Shown here in pieces: positions 28,887 to 40,415 of a DNA stretch of 64,000 bases. A program made the position numbers and the translations under genes. Each line of letters opens with the position of its first letter. Position 1 is the first letter of the stretch. The stretch comes from an uncultured Ruficoccus sp. (GTDB lineage: Bacteria > Verrucomicrobiota > Verrucomicrobiia > Opitutales > Cerasicoccaceae), in NCBI GenBank assembly GCA_965140785.1, contig OZ223481.1, positions 224,001-288,000 on the forward strand, in the 5' to 3' direction. Under the pieces are notes generated by a model that was not told the origin of the DNA, did not search any database, and saw nothing but the letters and a program-made list of their open reading frames with translations.

Positions 28887-30439
28887 AGGGCCTCCTTGCG
28901 TTGGAAGGCGCCGGGGTCCTTCAGGTAAATGCGGATCACCGGCACGAGGGGCGAGTCCGGGTGGTCCTCGATGTAGCCGTGCAGGATTTGCGGGCCCTCG
29001 GGCATCGGGCTGCGCATGATCAGGTCGACGGCGTGGCGCTGGATGTAGATGTCCTCGTCGTTGAGCGAAGCGGTCAGGATGTCCTGCCAGCCGTCGAGGC
29101 GGCGCCGGACGATCTCGCGCAGGCTTTGCTGGCGGATGGCGGTCTGCTCATCCAGTAAGAGGTCGAGCAGGACGGGTTCGACGGCCTCGGACTTCATCGT
29201 GTTGGTCATATAAACCAATGTCAGGCGCACGTCCGGGTAGCGGCTGGTCACCATGGCCTCGAGCAGCTCGGGCTCGACCTCGCCGCCGCGGCGCTCGAAG
29301 TAGCGCAGGGTGACGGTGCGGACTTGCTCGGAGGGGTCGGCCAGGAACTGCTTCACCTGCTCGGGGTTGTCCGGGGCGAAGCCCATGTCGAAAAACAGGT
29401 CCACGGCCTCGCGGCGCAGGATCGGGTCGTCAAGCTGGGTGAGGGCGGCGAGGTGGGCGGGCACCTCATCGGGGTGGAACCGCAGCAACTGAATGAAGCG
29501 CATCGCCTGCTCCTGCTTGAGGCGGCCCTCCTGGAGGCGGGTGAAGAGCCTGTCAAAGGTGTCGTCCGTGCCCAGCGGGCGGAAGCGGCCCAGCAGGGCC
29601 TCGGCGGCGATTTCGTCGTCCTCGTCTTCGCTGAGGCGGCGCAGCAGCTCGAGCTGGCCGGGCGTGGGCTGCAGGCCCAGCTCGCGGGTCAGGCGGAGAC
29701 GCTCGGGGCGGTTGCCGTTTTCGATCCAGCGCAGGGCCTCGCGGTTAAAGGCGCGGGGTTCGGAGAAACGCGCGGCCAGGCCGACGGCTTCAAGCCGGAC
29801 CTGCGCGTCCTCGTCGTTCATGAGGGCGAGGAAGGTTTCACCGGGGACGGGCAGGTTGAGGTAAAAGTAGTTCGTCAACAGGTTGCGCCGGACGATGACG
29901 TCCTCGTCCAGATAGGCGTCCATCAGGATTTGCTGCACGTCGGGGGGCAGGTCGAGGGTGGTGCCGGGTCGCAGGAGCTCCATCGTGCGTCGGACGGTCA
30001 TCATCGGCTGGATGGCAGCCGAGGCGGTGCGGCGCAGCTCGACATCCTCGTCTCCGATCAGGCGCAGGACGGGGACCACGGCCTCCGGGGGGGCTGCGCG
30101 GTTCCACTCCATGATCGAGACCAGGGCGGCGCGGCGCACGCGCACGGAGGGGTCGTCGAGCGCTCGAATGACGGCTTGTCGGGCCTGGCGGTTCTCGTAC
30201 TTGCCCAAGAGCATGACGGCCCCGGCGCGGAATTCGCTGTTGCTGGACTGGAGGTCCTCCAGGGCGCGGTCGATGGTGGCCTGCTCCTCGGGGGTGAGCT
30301 TGGGCTCGGGCAGCAGGCTCGGCGGGAACAGGTTGCGCGGGATGTTCTGGCCGTTGCGCATCTGCGCCGATAGCGGCAGCGCGGCGGCGGCCAGGGCCGT
30401 CCCGATGAGGAGCATTTTTATGGAGATTCTTAAAAGCAT
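28883..30439 (-). CDS. Secreted HEAT-repeat protein
   Basis: Repeated L.D....VR..A motifs; TGATG overlap with the upstream gene. Confidence 0.85.
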   Translation of the reverse strand: MLLRISIKMLLIGTALAAAALPLSAQMRNGQNIPRNLFPPSLLPEPKLTPEEQATIDRALEDLQSSNSEFRAGAVMLLGKYENRQARQAVIRALDDPSVRVRRAALVSIMEWNRAAPPEAVVPVLRLIGDEDVELRRTASAAIQPMMTVRRTMELLRPGTTLDLPPDVQQILMDAYLDEDVIVRRNLLTNYFYLNLPVPGETFLALMNDEDAQVRLEAVGLAARFSEPRAFNREALRWIENGNRPERLRLTRELGLQPTPGQLELLRRLSEDEDDEIAAEALLGRFRPLGTDDTFDRLFTRLQEGRLKQEQAMRFIQLLRFHPDEVPAHLAALTQLDDPILRREAVDLFFDMGFAPDNPEQVKQFLADPSEQVRTVTLRYFERRGGEVEPELLEAMVTSRYPDVRLTLVYMTNTMKSEAVEPVLLDLLLDEQTAIRQQSLREIVRRRLDGWQDILTASLNDEDIYIQRHAVDLIMRSPMPEGPQILHGYIEDHPDSPLVPVIRIYLKDPGAFQRKEAL

Positions 30440-32616
30440 CAGGTCAGGCCGGCCCGGCGGCGCAGTATCCATTCGATACCGAGGGCGAGCGCGAGGATCA
30501 AGGCAAAGGGGAGGTTACGGGTCCAGTGGACGCGGCTTTCGCGCATCGGCACGTCGGCCCGGAGGGGGATTTCGTCGAGGGTGTTCACGTCGCGCCAGCC
30601 CACGTAATCGCCGCCGGTGACGCGGGCCAGGTCGCGCAGCTCGCGTTCACGGAAGGCCAGATCGGCGTTTTCGCGGCCCAGGTGCGCTCCGGCGAACCAC
30701 GCCTCCTGGCGGAGTTCCTCCCCGTCGGGGAAGCTGACGCGGTACTCGATGCGGGCCTCGCCGGTCTCTTCCAAGGCTGCCGTCCCCTGATAGCGGCCCG
30801 GCTGGGCCGGGTCGGGGACGAGGTTAACAGCCGGTCCCGGCTCGCCCCCGGCCGGGGTGAGAATGGCGCTCACGCGGGCGCTCTCGGCGGGGCGAAAGTC
30901 CGGCCCGCGCACATCGACATCGAGCGCGACCGGTTCGTCCACCGGCACGATGCGGCCCTGCAAGGGCATGTCGAGACGGGGCTTGCCGCCGCTACCGAGC
31001 CAGCCCAGCAGGTAGCGCCAGAACAACTCGTGTTGGCGCAGGCCGTGTTCGCTGCTCAGGCGCCAGCGCCAGGTGGCGGCGGTCCCAAGATAGGCGACGC
31101 GTCCGGCTCCGTAGGCGTGCAGGGTGAGCAGGGGCAGGCCGTTCTGGCGCAGGCTCAGGACCACGCGGCCCCCGCGCGAAAGCTCCGTCGCGCCGAAGGC
31201 CGTCCGGTCCTCCGGCAGAAACAGCGGCGGCGGGCGAAAGAGCGTCCCTCCGGCCAGGTCGGTGAAGACCGGGTCGGGTGTCAACTCCAGCGGAGCCTGC
31301 CGCGGGCGTTCCAGCACCTCGGTCTGGCGCACCGGCAGCAGGTAGCGCAGGTCGGCGGGGAGATTGTCCGGCGGGCCAAAAAAGATCACGCCCCCGCCGC
31401 GCAGGGTGAGGAAGTCCAGCAGCGCTTGGCGCTCGGCTTCGGCCATCTCGGCCACGGCGGCGGTCTCGACGACGAGCACGCTGTGATCGACGAGCTTGTC
31501 CGTCATGGCGGCGAAGCCCGCGTTTTCGTCCTCGGGCTTTTCCTCGAAACCGAGGTAGGTGAAACGCTCCTCATCCAGGCGGATGACCGCGTGCAGCTCC
31601 CAGTCGGGGTCCTGCCGCAGGGCTTCGCGCAGAAAGCGGTAGGTGTCGTTGAGGTGGCTGCTGAGGTAAAGGGCTTTCATCACGCGCGGCTCGCCCACGT
31701 CGGCGGCGGCGAAGGCGAGGTCGTTGCTCTGGTTGCGGTCGCCGGGTACCGGTTCGGCCAGGCGGGCGCGGTAGCTGTGAAAGCCCGAGCGCTCGGGCTG
31801 GGCGGTGGCCGGGACGTGGACGGTCTCACCCGGCTCCAGGGTGACTTCCTGCCGGGTGAGCACGGTGTCGCCGTCGGCGATTTCGACCGTGGCGGTGACC
31901 GGGCGGGTAAAGGTGCTGGTGAGCGCGGCCTCCAGCTCCAGGGGTTCGCCGACGAGCGGCTCGGCGGTGCGCACGGCCAGCTCAAGCGCGGCGTCTCCGC
32001 CCTGGGCGGTGTCGCCCGTGCCGACTACGGTGACGGGTACCCCGGCCTCGCGGAAGCTCCGGGCGGCGTCCATCAGGGGCGTGCCTTGGAGGGAAATACC
32101 GTCGCTGAGTAGGACGAGCCCGGCCAGCGGGCCCTGGGAGGAATCGCGGGCGAGAGCTTCCTCCAGGCTGGTGCCGAGGGCGGTCTGGCCGCTGGTCAGC
32201 GCAAGGCCCTCCGGCGGGAGCGGGCGCAGCCGGTCGCTGAAGGCGTAGGTGTCGAGCCGGTGGTAGCGGGCTTTCAGGCGGGCGCGGAGATTGTCGGGGG
32301 CGGCTTCGGCGGTCTGGGCGGCGACGAACTCGATCCGCGCCTGCCCGTCCAGATCGCGGGTGTGCATGCTGCCGGAGGCGTCGGCCAGGAGGGCCAGCCG
32401 GAAGCCGTCAGGGTCGGGGTCGCGCCGGACCCAGAAGGGATTCAGCGCCAGCAGCGCGGCCATGACCACCGCCGCCACGCGCAGAACGAGACTCATCCAC
32501 CACAGCCCGCGCGGCAGCTCGCCGCGCTGCGCCCGCGCCAGCCGGAAGAGGGCGGCGAAGAGGAGCACGGTGGCCAGGGCGACGGCCAGCGGGGGGATGG
32601 GCGTGTCGAAATGCAT
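30439..32616 (-). CDS. Membrane protein with vWA, Ig-like and glutamine-amidotransferase-like domains
   Basis: MIDAS D.SGSM, T.LG..L, LLSDG; GGG.IF.G, YGAGRV, TWRW, FW..L..W; C-terminal EWILRRR.GL. Confidence 0.85.
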   Translation of the reverse strand: MHFDTPIPPLAVALATVLLFAALFRLARAQRGELPRGLWWMSLVLRVAAVVMAALLALNPFWVRRDPDPDGFRLALLADASGSMHTRDLDGQARIEFVAAQTAEAAPDNLRARLKARYHRLDTYAFSDRLRPLPPEGLALTSGQTALGTSLEEALARDSSQGPLAGLVLLSDGISLQGTPLMDAARSFREAGVPVTVVGTGDTAQGGDAALELAVRTAEPLVGEPLELEAALTSTFTRPVTATVEIADGDTVLTRQEVTLEPGETVHVPATAQPERSGFHSYRARLAEPVPGDRNQSNDLAFAAADVGEPRVMKALYLSSHLNDTYRFLREALRQDPDWELHAVIRLDEERFTYLGFEEKPEDENAGFAAMTDKLVDHSVLVVETAAVAEMAEAERQALLDFLTLRGGGVIFFGPPDNLPADLRYLLPVRQTEVLERPRQAPLELTPDPVFTDLAGGTLFRPPPLFLPEDRTAFGATELSRGGRVVLSLRQNGLPLLTLHAYGAGRVAYLGTAATWRWRLSSEHGLRQHELFWRYLLGWLGSGGKPRLDMPLQGRIVPVDEPVALDVDVRGPDFRPAESARVSAILTPAGGEPGPAVNLVPDPAQPGRYQGTAALEETGEARIEYRVSFPDGEELRQEAWFAGAHLGRENADLAFRERELRDLARVTGGDYVGWRDVNTLDEIPLRADVPMRESRVHWTRNLPFALILALALGIEWILRRRAGLT

Positions 32617-35600
32617 CAGGGTTCTTCGGCCAGGTTTTTAAAGTATTCCTCGACCAGCGAGCGGTACTTGTCCGGCGGGGGGGCGGACTGGCGCTTGTAG
32701 CGGACGCGCTCCTCCACCAACTGGCGGCGCAGGTACTGCTGGAGGATGGACTTGGCCTGGTTGAGGGTGCCGATGACCTCGCCCGGCCCCTCGCCGGAGC
32801 CTTCACTGCCGGTGGGCGCGGCCATGCGCTCGCCCAGTTCGCTCAGTTGGTCGTTCTTGAGAATCTTGCCCGCCTCCTGCAAATCGCCGCCGAGCTTGCC
32901 CAGCTTTTGGCTCTGGGACTGGCTCTCGCCTTCCTCGCCCTCGCCGGGGCGCTGTCCGGCCTGCTTCTGTTCGCTGAGGCGGCGCTGCTGCTCCTGCCCG
33001 GCCTGCTCCAGGCGATCCATCAACTGCTGGATGCTGGAGGCGGACATGGCGGGGATCTGGTCGCGGGCGTTGCGTAGGCCCTCGGCCAGGGCTTCGAGCC
33101 CATCGGCGGCCTCGCCCTGAAGCTCTCCGGCTTTGCCGTAGCGGCTGTAGAGCAGGGCGTTGGCGGAGCGCTGCATGGTGGCGTCGGTGCGGGCCTGGTC
33201 TGCCTCGCGGCTGGCGCGGGCCAGTTGCTCCCCGGCGTTGGGGAAGGTCTCGCCCATCTCCACGGCCTGGCGCTCGATCTCGGCCAGCAGTTGGGCGTAC
33301 TCCTCGTTGAGCGCGAGCTGTTCTTCGCGCAGGGCGCCCTTGGACTCGCCTTCGCCCCCGTTGGCGTCGGCCTCGCCGCTGGCCTGAGCGGCCCCGGCCT
33401 GGCGTCCGGCCATGGCTTCGGCTTGGGAAACAAGCTCGTTCATGGCCCCGGAAGCGGCCTGCCGGATCTGCTCATCGAGCAGGGAAGCGGCGTTGAGCAG
33501 GGCCTCGCCGGCACGGGCTCCGGCGTTGGCGGCCTGGGTGGATTCGCCGCTCTCGATGGCTCCGGCGGCGGCTTCCATGGTGCGGGCTGCCTCGGAAATT
33601 TCGTGCCGGATGGCGCCCATGCCGGGCTCGCCCTGGAGGGTGTCGGCGGCCTCGCCGGTTTCACTCAGGAGTGCCTGCTGAGCCTCGCTGAGCTGGCGGC
33701 GCTCGCTCTCGCCGGGCTCAAAGCGTTCGGCGCGTTCGTAACGGTTGTTTTGCCCGGCCTGGTCCTCGGCCAGGCGGTTGAGCTTGTCCATGAGGGCGCG
33801 CATCTGCTGCATGCTCATCTCCGCGTTCTCGCCTTCGCCCTGCTTGGGCTCACCCTCGGACTGGGCATTTGGTTGCTCGGAGGGTTCGCCCCCGCCGCCT
33901 CCGCCGGAGGGGGGCAGGGTGGCTTTCAAGAAGCTCTCCAACTGCACGAGGTTGCTCAGGGCCTCCTCCTGAAGGGGGATGGAGGGGGTGAGGTGGTCGG
34001 CGTTGATCTCCTCCTCGGCCTCGGCCAGGCGCTGGAGGGCGTTGTTCATCATGAGAAAGAATTCGCCCCCCTCGACCTGCATGAGGAGTTGGCCGATCTC
34101 GGCCAGTATCTGGCGCGACTCGTTCTGGACGTTGTTGAGGTCCGCCCCGAGCTCCTGCCGGGCCTGGTTGCGGGGCTCGCCCTCGAGCAGGCCGGTGCGG
34201 TAGGTCTGGCGGATGACGCGCTTGAGCTCCACGATGAGCGCCCGCAGGTCGATCTCCTTTTTCTTGGCCTCGTCGTCGCCGCCCTGGGCGTCGGGAGATT
34301 CGGCCTCGGGCCGGTCGAGGTCCTTGACCACCTCGACGAAGTACAGGTCGCTCTGGGTGACGTTCGGCTTGGGCTCGCGGTTGTCCGCCACGGAGAAGTA
34401 ATACGAGACCACGTCGCCGTGCTCGACGCCGAGGTTGGGGATGTCGAGCTGGGTGAGGAAATTGTTCTCCAGCACCGGCTCGGCGCCCTCCCGCGCGGTG
34501 AAGACCTCGATCGGGCGTCGGGGCAGGCCCGAGACGGACACGTGCAGCTCCACCCGCGCCAGGCCGAAGTCGTCCGCCCCGTACAGCTCCAGCGGCAGAA
34601 TGGTGTCGGGTCGGGCGTTGGTGTCCTGAGCCGGGTCCACCACATCGGCTACCGGCGGCTCGTCCGGAGTGACGTCGATGTTGTAGGTCTCGGTCACGGC
34701 CTTGCGCCCCTCGGCGTTGGTCAGGGTGAGCTGGTAGTCGGTGTCCTTTTTCGCGGTAAAGGTGACACTGTCATCAAAGGGCATCACCGCCTCGCCCACG
34801 CGCAGCCGGGTCTCGACACCGGGCGCGGTTTCGGTGGTCAGGGTTATCTCTGTGCCCTCGACCGGGAAGAGGTCCAGCAGCTTGGAGAACTCCAGCGCCT
34901 CGCGCCTTGTGTAGGCGGGCGGTTTCAAGGAGATGTTGACCGACTCCAGCTTTGGCGGCTCGTAAACGGTCACCGAGTACGTGGGCGAGCGCAGCGAGGA
35001 GGTCTCGACCCGGTAGGTCGTGTCGGCCTGCAAATCAAAGAGGGTGAACTGGCCCGCCCGCTTTTCGTCGAGCATCATCGGGTAGCTGACTTCGCGGCCA
35101 TCTTCGCGCACAAAGATGCGCGGGTCGCGCTCCCAGCGGTTGATCTGCGCGGTTACGGTCAGGTCCGAGCCGCGGGGGGCCTCGGCGTCGCCGGGCTCGA
35201 CAATCAGGCCGGTGGCCGCGCCGCTGAGCCGGTCGCGCTGGTAGTAAGTGGCTTTGCTGTAGAGGCTGCTCTGCTGGGTGGCTTTAAAAAGAAAAAACGC
35301 CCCGATCACGATCAGGATGGCGGCCACCGGATGGAGCTGCCGGGGTAGGGTGGCGGTGCGAAAGACGATCACCTCGGTGTCATGCTCGACCTGCCGGATG
35401 AGGGCCGCCTCCAGCGGGTTGAACGGCGCGCCCCGCTCCAGTACCTCGACCGCGGTGGTCAGGTTTTCCTTCAGCTCGGGGTGGCGGCGCTCCACCAGCC
35501 GCGCCAGCATAGCCAAAGTCGGTCGGCGGCGCAGGATGATCAGGATGCCCCCGACGAAGCACGCCCCCGTCAGCAGCATGAGGATATTAAAGAAGAGCCA

Positions 35601-35759
35601 GGCGCTGCGCTCCTGCCAGGGGGAGACGGCCACATCGAGCCCGGAGCCGATCAGCACGGCCAGGCTGAAGACGCCCAGCAGGCTGAACACGAACAGCACC
35701 AGCATGAGGACCAGCAGCAGTTTGCGCTGGAAGTGCAGCTTGTGGTAAAACTCAGGCAT
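32616..35759 (-). CDS. DUF4175-like membrane protein with long coiled-coil C-terminus
   Basis: N-terminal TMs, PPAYT, D.PP.., DDFGL, Q/E/A-rich helices and terminal P..YR.LVEEYFK.L. Confidence 0.82.
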   Translation of the reverse strand: MPEFYHKLHFQRKLLLVLMLVLFVFSLLGVFSLAVLIGSGLDVAVSPWQERSAWLFFNILMLLTGACFVGGILIILRRRPTLAMLARLVERRHPELKENLTTAVEVLERGAPFNPLEAALIRQVEHDTEVIVFRTATLPRQLHPVAAILIVIGAFFLFKATQQSSLYSKATYYQRDRLSGAATGLIVEPGDAEAPRGSDLTVTAQINRWERDPRIFVREDGREVSYPMMLDEKRAGQFTLFDLQADTTYRVETSSLRSPTYSVTVYEPPKLESVNISLKPPAYTRREALEFSKLLDLFPVEGTEITLTTETAPGVETRLRVGEAVMPFDDSVTFTAKKDTDYQLTLTNAEGRKAVTETYNIDVTPDEPPVADVVDPAQDTNARPDTILPLELYGADDFGLARVELHVSVSGLPRRPIEVFTAREGAEPVLENNFLTQLDIPNLGVEHGDVVSYYFSVADNREPKPNVTQSDLYFVEVVKDLDRPEAESPDAQGGDDEAKKKEIDLRALIVELKRVIRQTYRTGLLEGEPRNQARQELGADLNNVQNESRQILAEIGQLLMQVEGGEFFLMMNNALQRLAEAEEEINADHLTPSIPLQEEALSNLVQLESFLKATLPPSGGGGGGEPSEQPNAQSEGEPKQGEGENAEMSMQQMRALMDKLNRLAEDQAGQNNRYERAERFEPGESERRQLSEAQQALLSETGEAADTLQGEPGMGAIRHEISEAARTMEAAAGAIESGESTQAANAGARAGEALLNAASLLDEQIRQAASGAMNELVSQAEAMAGRQAGAAQASGEADANGGEGESKGALREEQLALNEEYAQLLAEIERQAVEMGETFPNAGEQLARASREADQARTDATMQRSANALLYSRYGKAGELQGEAADGLEALAEGLRNARDQIPAMSASSIQQLMDRLEQAGQEQQRRLSEQKQAGQRPGEGEEGESQSQSQKLGKLGGDLQEAGKILKNDQLSELGERMAAPTGSEGSGEGPGEVIGTLNQAKSILQQYLRRQLVEERVRYKRQSAPPPDKYRSLVEEYFKNLAEEP

Positions 35760-37716
35760 GGGCGGCCTTTCGGGAAGGGCGGCTCGGGGCGCACAGCAGC
35801 AGCTCGGCCAGCAGGCAGGCCAAGGCCCCGGCGGCCAGCCACGGCCACAGGGCTAGGCGGGCGGCGGTTTCCCCGGCAGGGGCGGCGGAAAGACTCCCGG
35901 TCGCTGGCCCGCTCAACTGCGCCCGGATATCGCTCAGCATGGTGGCCTGGTTGACCGACTCGGTGCGGGCGATATTGACCTGGACGATGTGCGGGCCCAG
36001 CGCGGTCACGCCCGGCTCGGCGTTGACGGAGGGGGCCACGGCGTCCGGCGGGAGCGGGAAATCGGCGGGCAGGGGCTCGTCCACGGCCAGCCGGATGACG
36101 GTGTCGTCGGCCTTCACCGCCTGGTTGAGCGCCTCGCGCACCACGGGCAGGAAGGCGTTACGCAGCGGCAAGTCGCTCCACTGGGCGTCCAGGCTGAGGG
36201 CGCTGATCAGCAGCTCGCCCTTGCCCACGGTCTCGCGCAGCAGGAGGGGGTCGCCGCCCTCGGTTTCGAGCAGTATGCTCGCTTTTGCGTCGGGCTGGAG
36301 CTTCACGTACTGGTAAATCTCAGCCAGGTAAAGGTCGCGGTCGGAGTCGCCGGTAAAGACCTCGGCCAACGGATTGCCCGGCTCCAGTGTGGCGATGCGG
36401 AAGGGGTCGCGCTGGTCGCGGTTGCGCCCCGGCACGCCGAGAAAGGCCGTGTCGGTCAGCCCGGTCTCGCGCAGCAGTCGAAACTGCCGGGATGCGGCCT
36501 GGCCGGGGGTGATCAGCGCCACGCCGCCATTGGCCACATAGTCGCGGAGTTTTTCCATCTGCACCTCGTCGAGGTAAGCCGTCGTGCCGGGCAGGTAGAG
36601 CACGTCAATCGCCTCGGCCACCGGGGCGAAGTCGAAGTCCGGGGCCGCGCCGTTCAAGACGAAGGCCGGGGGCATGTTCTCACCGGTGGCGGTGAGCGCT
36701 TTTTGCACGAAGGCGACTTCCTGCAATTTCTCCTGCTCCTGCACGCCGGGCAGCAGCGCCACGACCTGGGCGGGGGCGGGCACGCCCAGCCAGACTGAGA
36801 AGCGGTTGTCGCCTGCGTAGGCGTCCTCGGGCAGGACCACCTCGCCCGCCGAATCCTCGGGCTGGTCGATGAGAAAGGCCACCGTCTGTGTCTGGCCGGG
36901 GGCGAAGGAAAGCGTTTGAGAGTCAGTGGCGTTATCGTTGAGTAACTTAATGGTGACATCTTGCTCGATGTCGGCGTCATTGCGGACGCGGGCCAGTACC
37001 CGGAGGCGTCCCTCGGTGGCGGGGTAGGTGCGGGCGTCGAGCACAGCGGCGTTGGGCTGGGAAAAGTCGCCCACCTGAATGGCTTCGACCTCAACCCCGT
37101 CGCCGGCCTTCGGCCAGGACGCGCTCTGCCAGGTGCTTTGCTGGAAGTCGCTGATCAGGATGAGCTTGCGGGGGCCGTCGGGGCCGAGTTCACGCAGAGC
37201 GGCCTCAATCGCCGTCGCGGGGTCGCCGGTGCGTTCGCCGGGCGGCAGGTCGGCCACGATCTGCTCCAGCGTGCGGGCGGATGCGCCGGGAGGCACGGTG
37301 GCGAGCACTTCGGTGTCGAAGACGACCAGCCCGGTCGGGTTGCCCGCTTCGGCGGCGGCCTGGACGGCTTTTTCCGCCGCTTCCCACGCGCCCCAGCCGC
37401 GCATGCTGGCCGAGGCGTCGAGCACGATCATGGTCCGCTCCCGACCGGTGGCGGTGAGCGGCGAGTCGGTCGGCGGCGTCCAGACCGGTCGGGCCAGCGC
37501 GAGCACCGCCAGTGCGATAAAAAGGAGCCGAAGCAGCAGCAGGAGCAGGTCGCGCAGGCTGCGGCGCTTGTCCCGGGGAAGCTGCGAGGGGCCGATGAAG
37601 CGGACCGACGGGAAGCGCAGGGGCTGGGCGCGGGCGCGATTGACCAGATGGGCCAGCAGCGGCAGGGCGAGGCCGGCCAGCGCGGCGAGCAGGAGCGGTT
37701 GTCCAAAGCTCAGCAT
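35752..37716 (-). CDS. BatA N-terminal domain / vWA protein
   Basis: F..P.LL..L..L.LP.L.HL.NR.....FPS.RF, LLLLLRLL...LA.P, D.SASM and ISDFQ; C-terminal TM. Confidence 0.87.
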   Translation of the reverse strand: MLSFGQPLLLAALAGLALPLLAHLVNRARAQPLRFPSVRFIGPSQLPRDKRRSLRDLLLLLLRLLFIALAVLALARPVWTPPTDSPLTATGRERTMIVLDASASMRGWGAWEAAEKAVQAAAEAGNPTGLVVFDTEVLATVPPGASARTLEQIVADLPPGERTGDPATAIEAALRELGPDGPRKLILISDFQQSTWQSASWPKAGDGVEVEAIQVGDFSQPNAAVLDARTYPATEGRLRVLARVRNDADIEQDVTIKLLNDNATDSQTLSFAPGQTQTVAFLIDQPEDSAGEVVLPEDAYAGDNRFSVWLGVPAPAQVVALLPGVQEQEKLQEVAFVQKALTATGENMPPAFVLNGAAPDFDFAPVAEAIDVLYLPGTTAYLDEVQMEKLRDYVANGGVALITPGQAASRQFRLLRETGLTDTAFLGVPGRNRDQRDPFRIATLEPGNPLAEVFTGDSDRDLYLAEIYQYVKLQPDAKASILLETEGGDPLLLRETVGKGELLISALSLDAQWSDLPLRNAFLPVVREALNQAVKADDTVIRLAVDEPLPADFPLPPDAVAPSVNAEPGVTALGPHIVQVNIARTESVNQATMLSDIRAQLSGPATGSLSAAPAGETAARLALWPWLAAGALACLLAELLLCAPSRPSRKAAHA

Positions 37717-37720
37717 GCCG

Positions 37721-38623
37721 CTAGCGGATCGCCTCCCGGTGATGCAGGTAGCGTGCGAGCGCGTACCCGAGGGATTCATGGGTGGTCAGGCGCAGCAAAT
37801 CGACCTGAGAGCGGGTGAAACCTTCACGTAAATTGTCCATAAAGTCACTCATTTGTGACTTATAGGCCTCGCGGGTGGTCTCGGCCCAGGAGATGACTTC
37901 GCGCCCGGTCTCGATGTCGTGAAAACGCGCCACGCCCTCCATCGGCAGGTCGAGTTCATCGGGGTCGAGCACCTGGATGGCGAGGGTGTCGCAGTGGTGG
38001 AGGCGGAAGCGCTTGAGGTGGTCGGGCAGGACGCTTTCGCCCTCCAACATGTCGGAAATAAAGATCACGATGCTACGCTGGCGCAGTTGATTACCAAAGG
38101 TTTGCAACAGGGCGTCGTGATGGGCCGGCCCCGCCGGTTCCAGTCGCGTGAGGGCTTGCAGGACACGGTTGAGCTGGCCGGTGCGGTGGCCGGGGGGGAC
38201 GACTTCGCGCAGCGTGTCGTTGTAGGCGAAGAGGCCGACGTTGTCGCCCTGGCGGGCGGCCATGTAGGCAAGGCAGGCCGCCGTCATGCAGGCGTAGCGA
38301 AACTTCGTGCAGGCCGCCCGCTCGCCCCGGTAGTCCATGGAGGCGCTGGCGTCGAGCACGAGGTGGAGGTTCATGTTTGTCTCCTCCTGATAAACTTTCG
38401 TGTAGAGCCGGTCGGTGCGGGCCAGCAGCTTCCAGTCGAGGTACTTTAAATCCGCCCCCGGCGTGTAGTCGCGGTATTGCAGGAACTCCGTGCCGAATCC
38501 GTGGAAGAGGCTGCGGTGCATGCCCGAGAGAAACCCCTCCACCGCCGAGCGGGCCAGCAGGGCGTAGTTGCCCAATTGTGCCAGGTGGGCGGGGTCGAGC
38601 AGGTCGTGAACGCTGGGCGGCAT
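37721..38623 (-). CDS. DUF58 protein
   Basis: G.HRS...G...EF..YR.Y.PG.D....DWK..AR, K.Y.EET and D.S.SM. Confidence 0.92.
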   Translation of the reverse strand: MPPSVHDLLDPAHLAQLGNYALLARSAVEGFLSGMHRSLFHGFGTEFLQYRDYTPGADLKYLDWKLLARTDRLYTKVYQEETNMNLHLVLDASASMDYRGERAACTKFRYACMTAACLAYMAARQGDNVGLFAYNDTLREVVPPGHRTGQLNRVLQALTRLEPAGPAHHDALLQTFGNQLRQRSIVIFISDMLEGESVLPDHLKRFRLHHCDTLAIQVLDPDELDLPMEGVARFHDIETGREVISWAETTREAYKSQMSDFMDNLREGFTRSQVDLLRLTTHESLGYALARYLHHREAIR

Positions 38624-38639
38624 GGCGCTGGCCGCTCGC

Positions 38640-39644
<1,005 letters not shown>

Positions 39645-39842
39645 GATGGTAAAATAGCTGAGCGGGAAAGCGCGGTTTTTCCCTTTCAAGAGTCTCTGAG
39701 AGAGCGAAACCCGCACATTTGTTCCCTTTCGGCCAAAAGGCAAGGAAGTTGCCCGAAACGTGATCGGGGGATGCCAAAATCTCGTCAAACGATGCCGTAG
39801 GGCATCGTTGGCTCGGGCGGGGGACGGGGAGCTGTCCACCTG

Positions 39843-39877
39843 AAAAAACAGCCGCCCGGGGAAAACCCGGACGGCTG
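39843..39877 (-). terminator. Intrinsic terminator
   Basis: Minus strand CAGCCGTCCGGG-loop-CCCGGGCGGCTG followed by T6. Confidence 0.7.
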
Positions 39878-39917
39878 CAATATGCATACCTGAATAGGTT
39901 CTATTCGCTACCGGAAA

Positions 39918-40229
39918 TCATGCCTGTAACTCCATGATTTCCGAAAATATTGCCATCGTCAGCATCTCCTCTGCGTACTCACGGAAGTCTTGGTCCTCGT
40001 CGTGGCGGGTGTTCAGCAGGAGAGCGAGCACCATCGCAGCCCGTCGCTTGAGGCGGTTGGCTACATAAGATTCCGGATAGTCGGGCAGGTGGATGAGGCT
40101 GAGGGCGTCTTTGATCACGTCACCGGCCAAGGCCGAAAGCTCGCTATGCAGGGCCGGGTTGGCCTCGTCTACCGGCAGGGAAAAAGCCTTGGTGTCTGTG
40201 GTTGGCGGTGCGAGTGTTAAGGGTTTCAT
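39918..40229 (-). CDS. Small helical hypothetical protein (103 aa)
   Basis: ATG start, protein-like composition, followed by a terminator. Confidence 0.6.
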   Translation of the reverse strand: MKPLTLAPPTTDTKAFSLPVDEANPALHSELSALAGDVIKDALSLIHLPDYPESYVANRLKRRAAMVLALLLNTRHDEDQDFREYAEEMLTMAIFSEIMELQA

Positions 40230-40415
40230 GAGAGAAGATGCTTGGTTGTTGAGTGTATCATCGCACAAACCCCGGCACAAACCCATCAGGTGAATCCTGT
40301 ATTTTGCCCCGGAAGCCAAAGTATTTAAAAAAAAGCGAAAACAGGGGCCTTCGTCGTTCATGCGAAGGCAGTGACACTTGCCAAGCACCGGAGCGCGTCC
40401 CAGACTGAACGGACC

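Noticed and set aside
39650..39840. Glycine-riboswitch-like words (CCGAA, CTCTCAG) upstream of moxR
   Set aside because: The GGAGA and CAGG core elements and pairing are not recovered; gene context does not fit.
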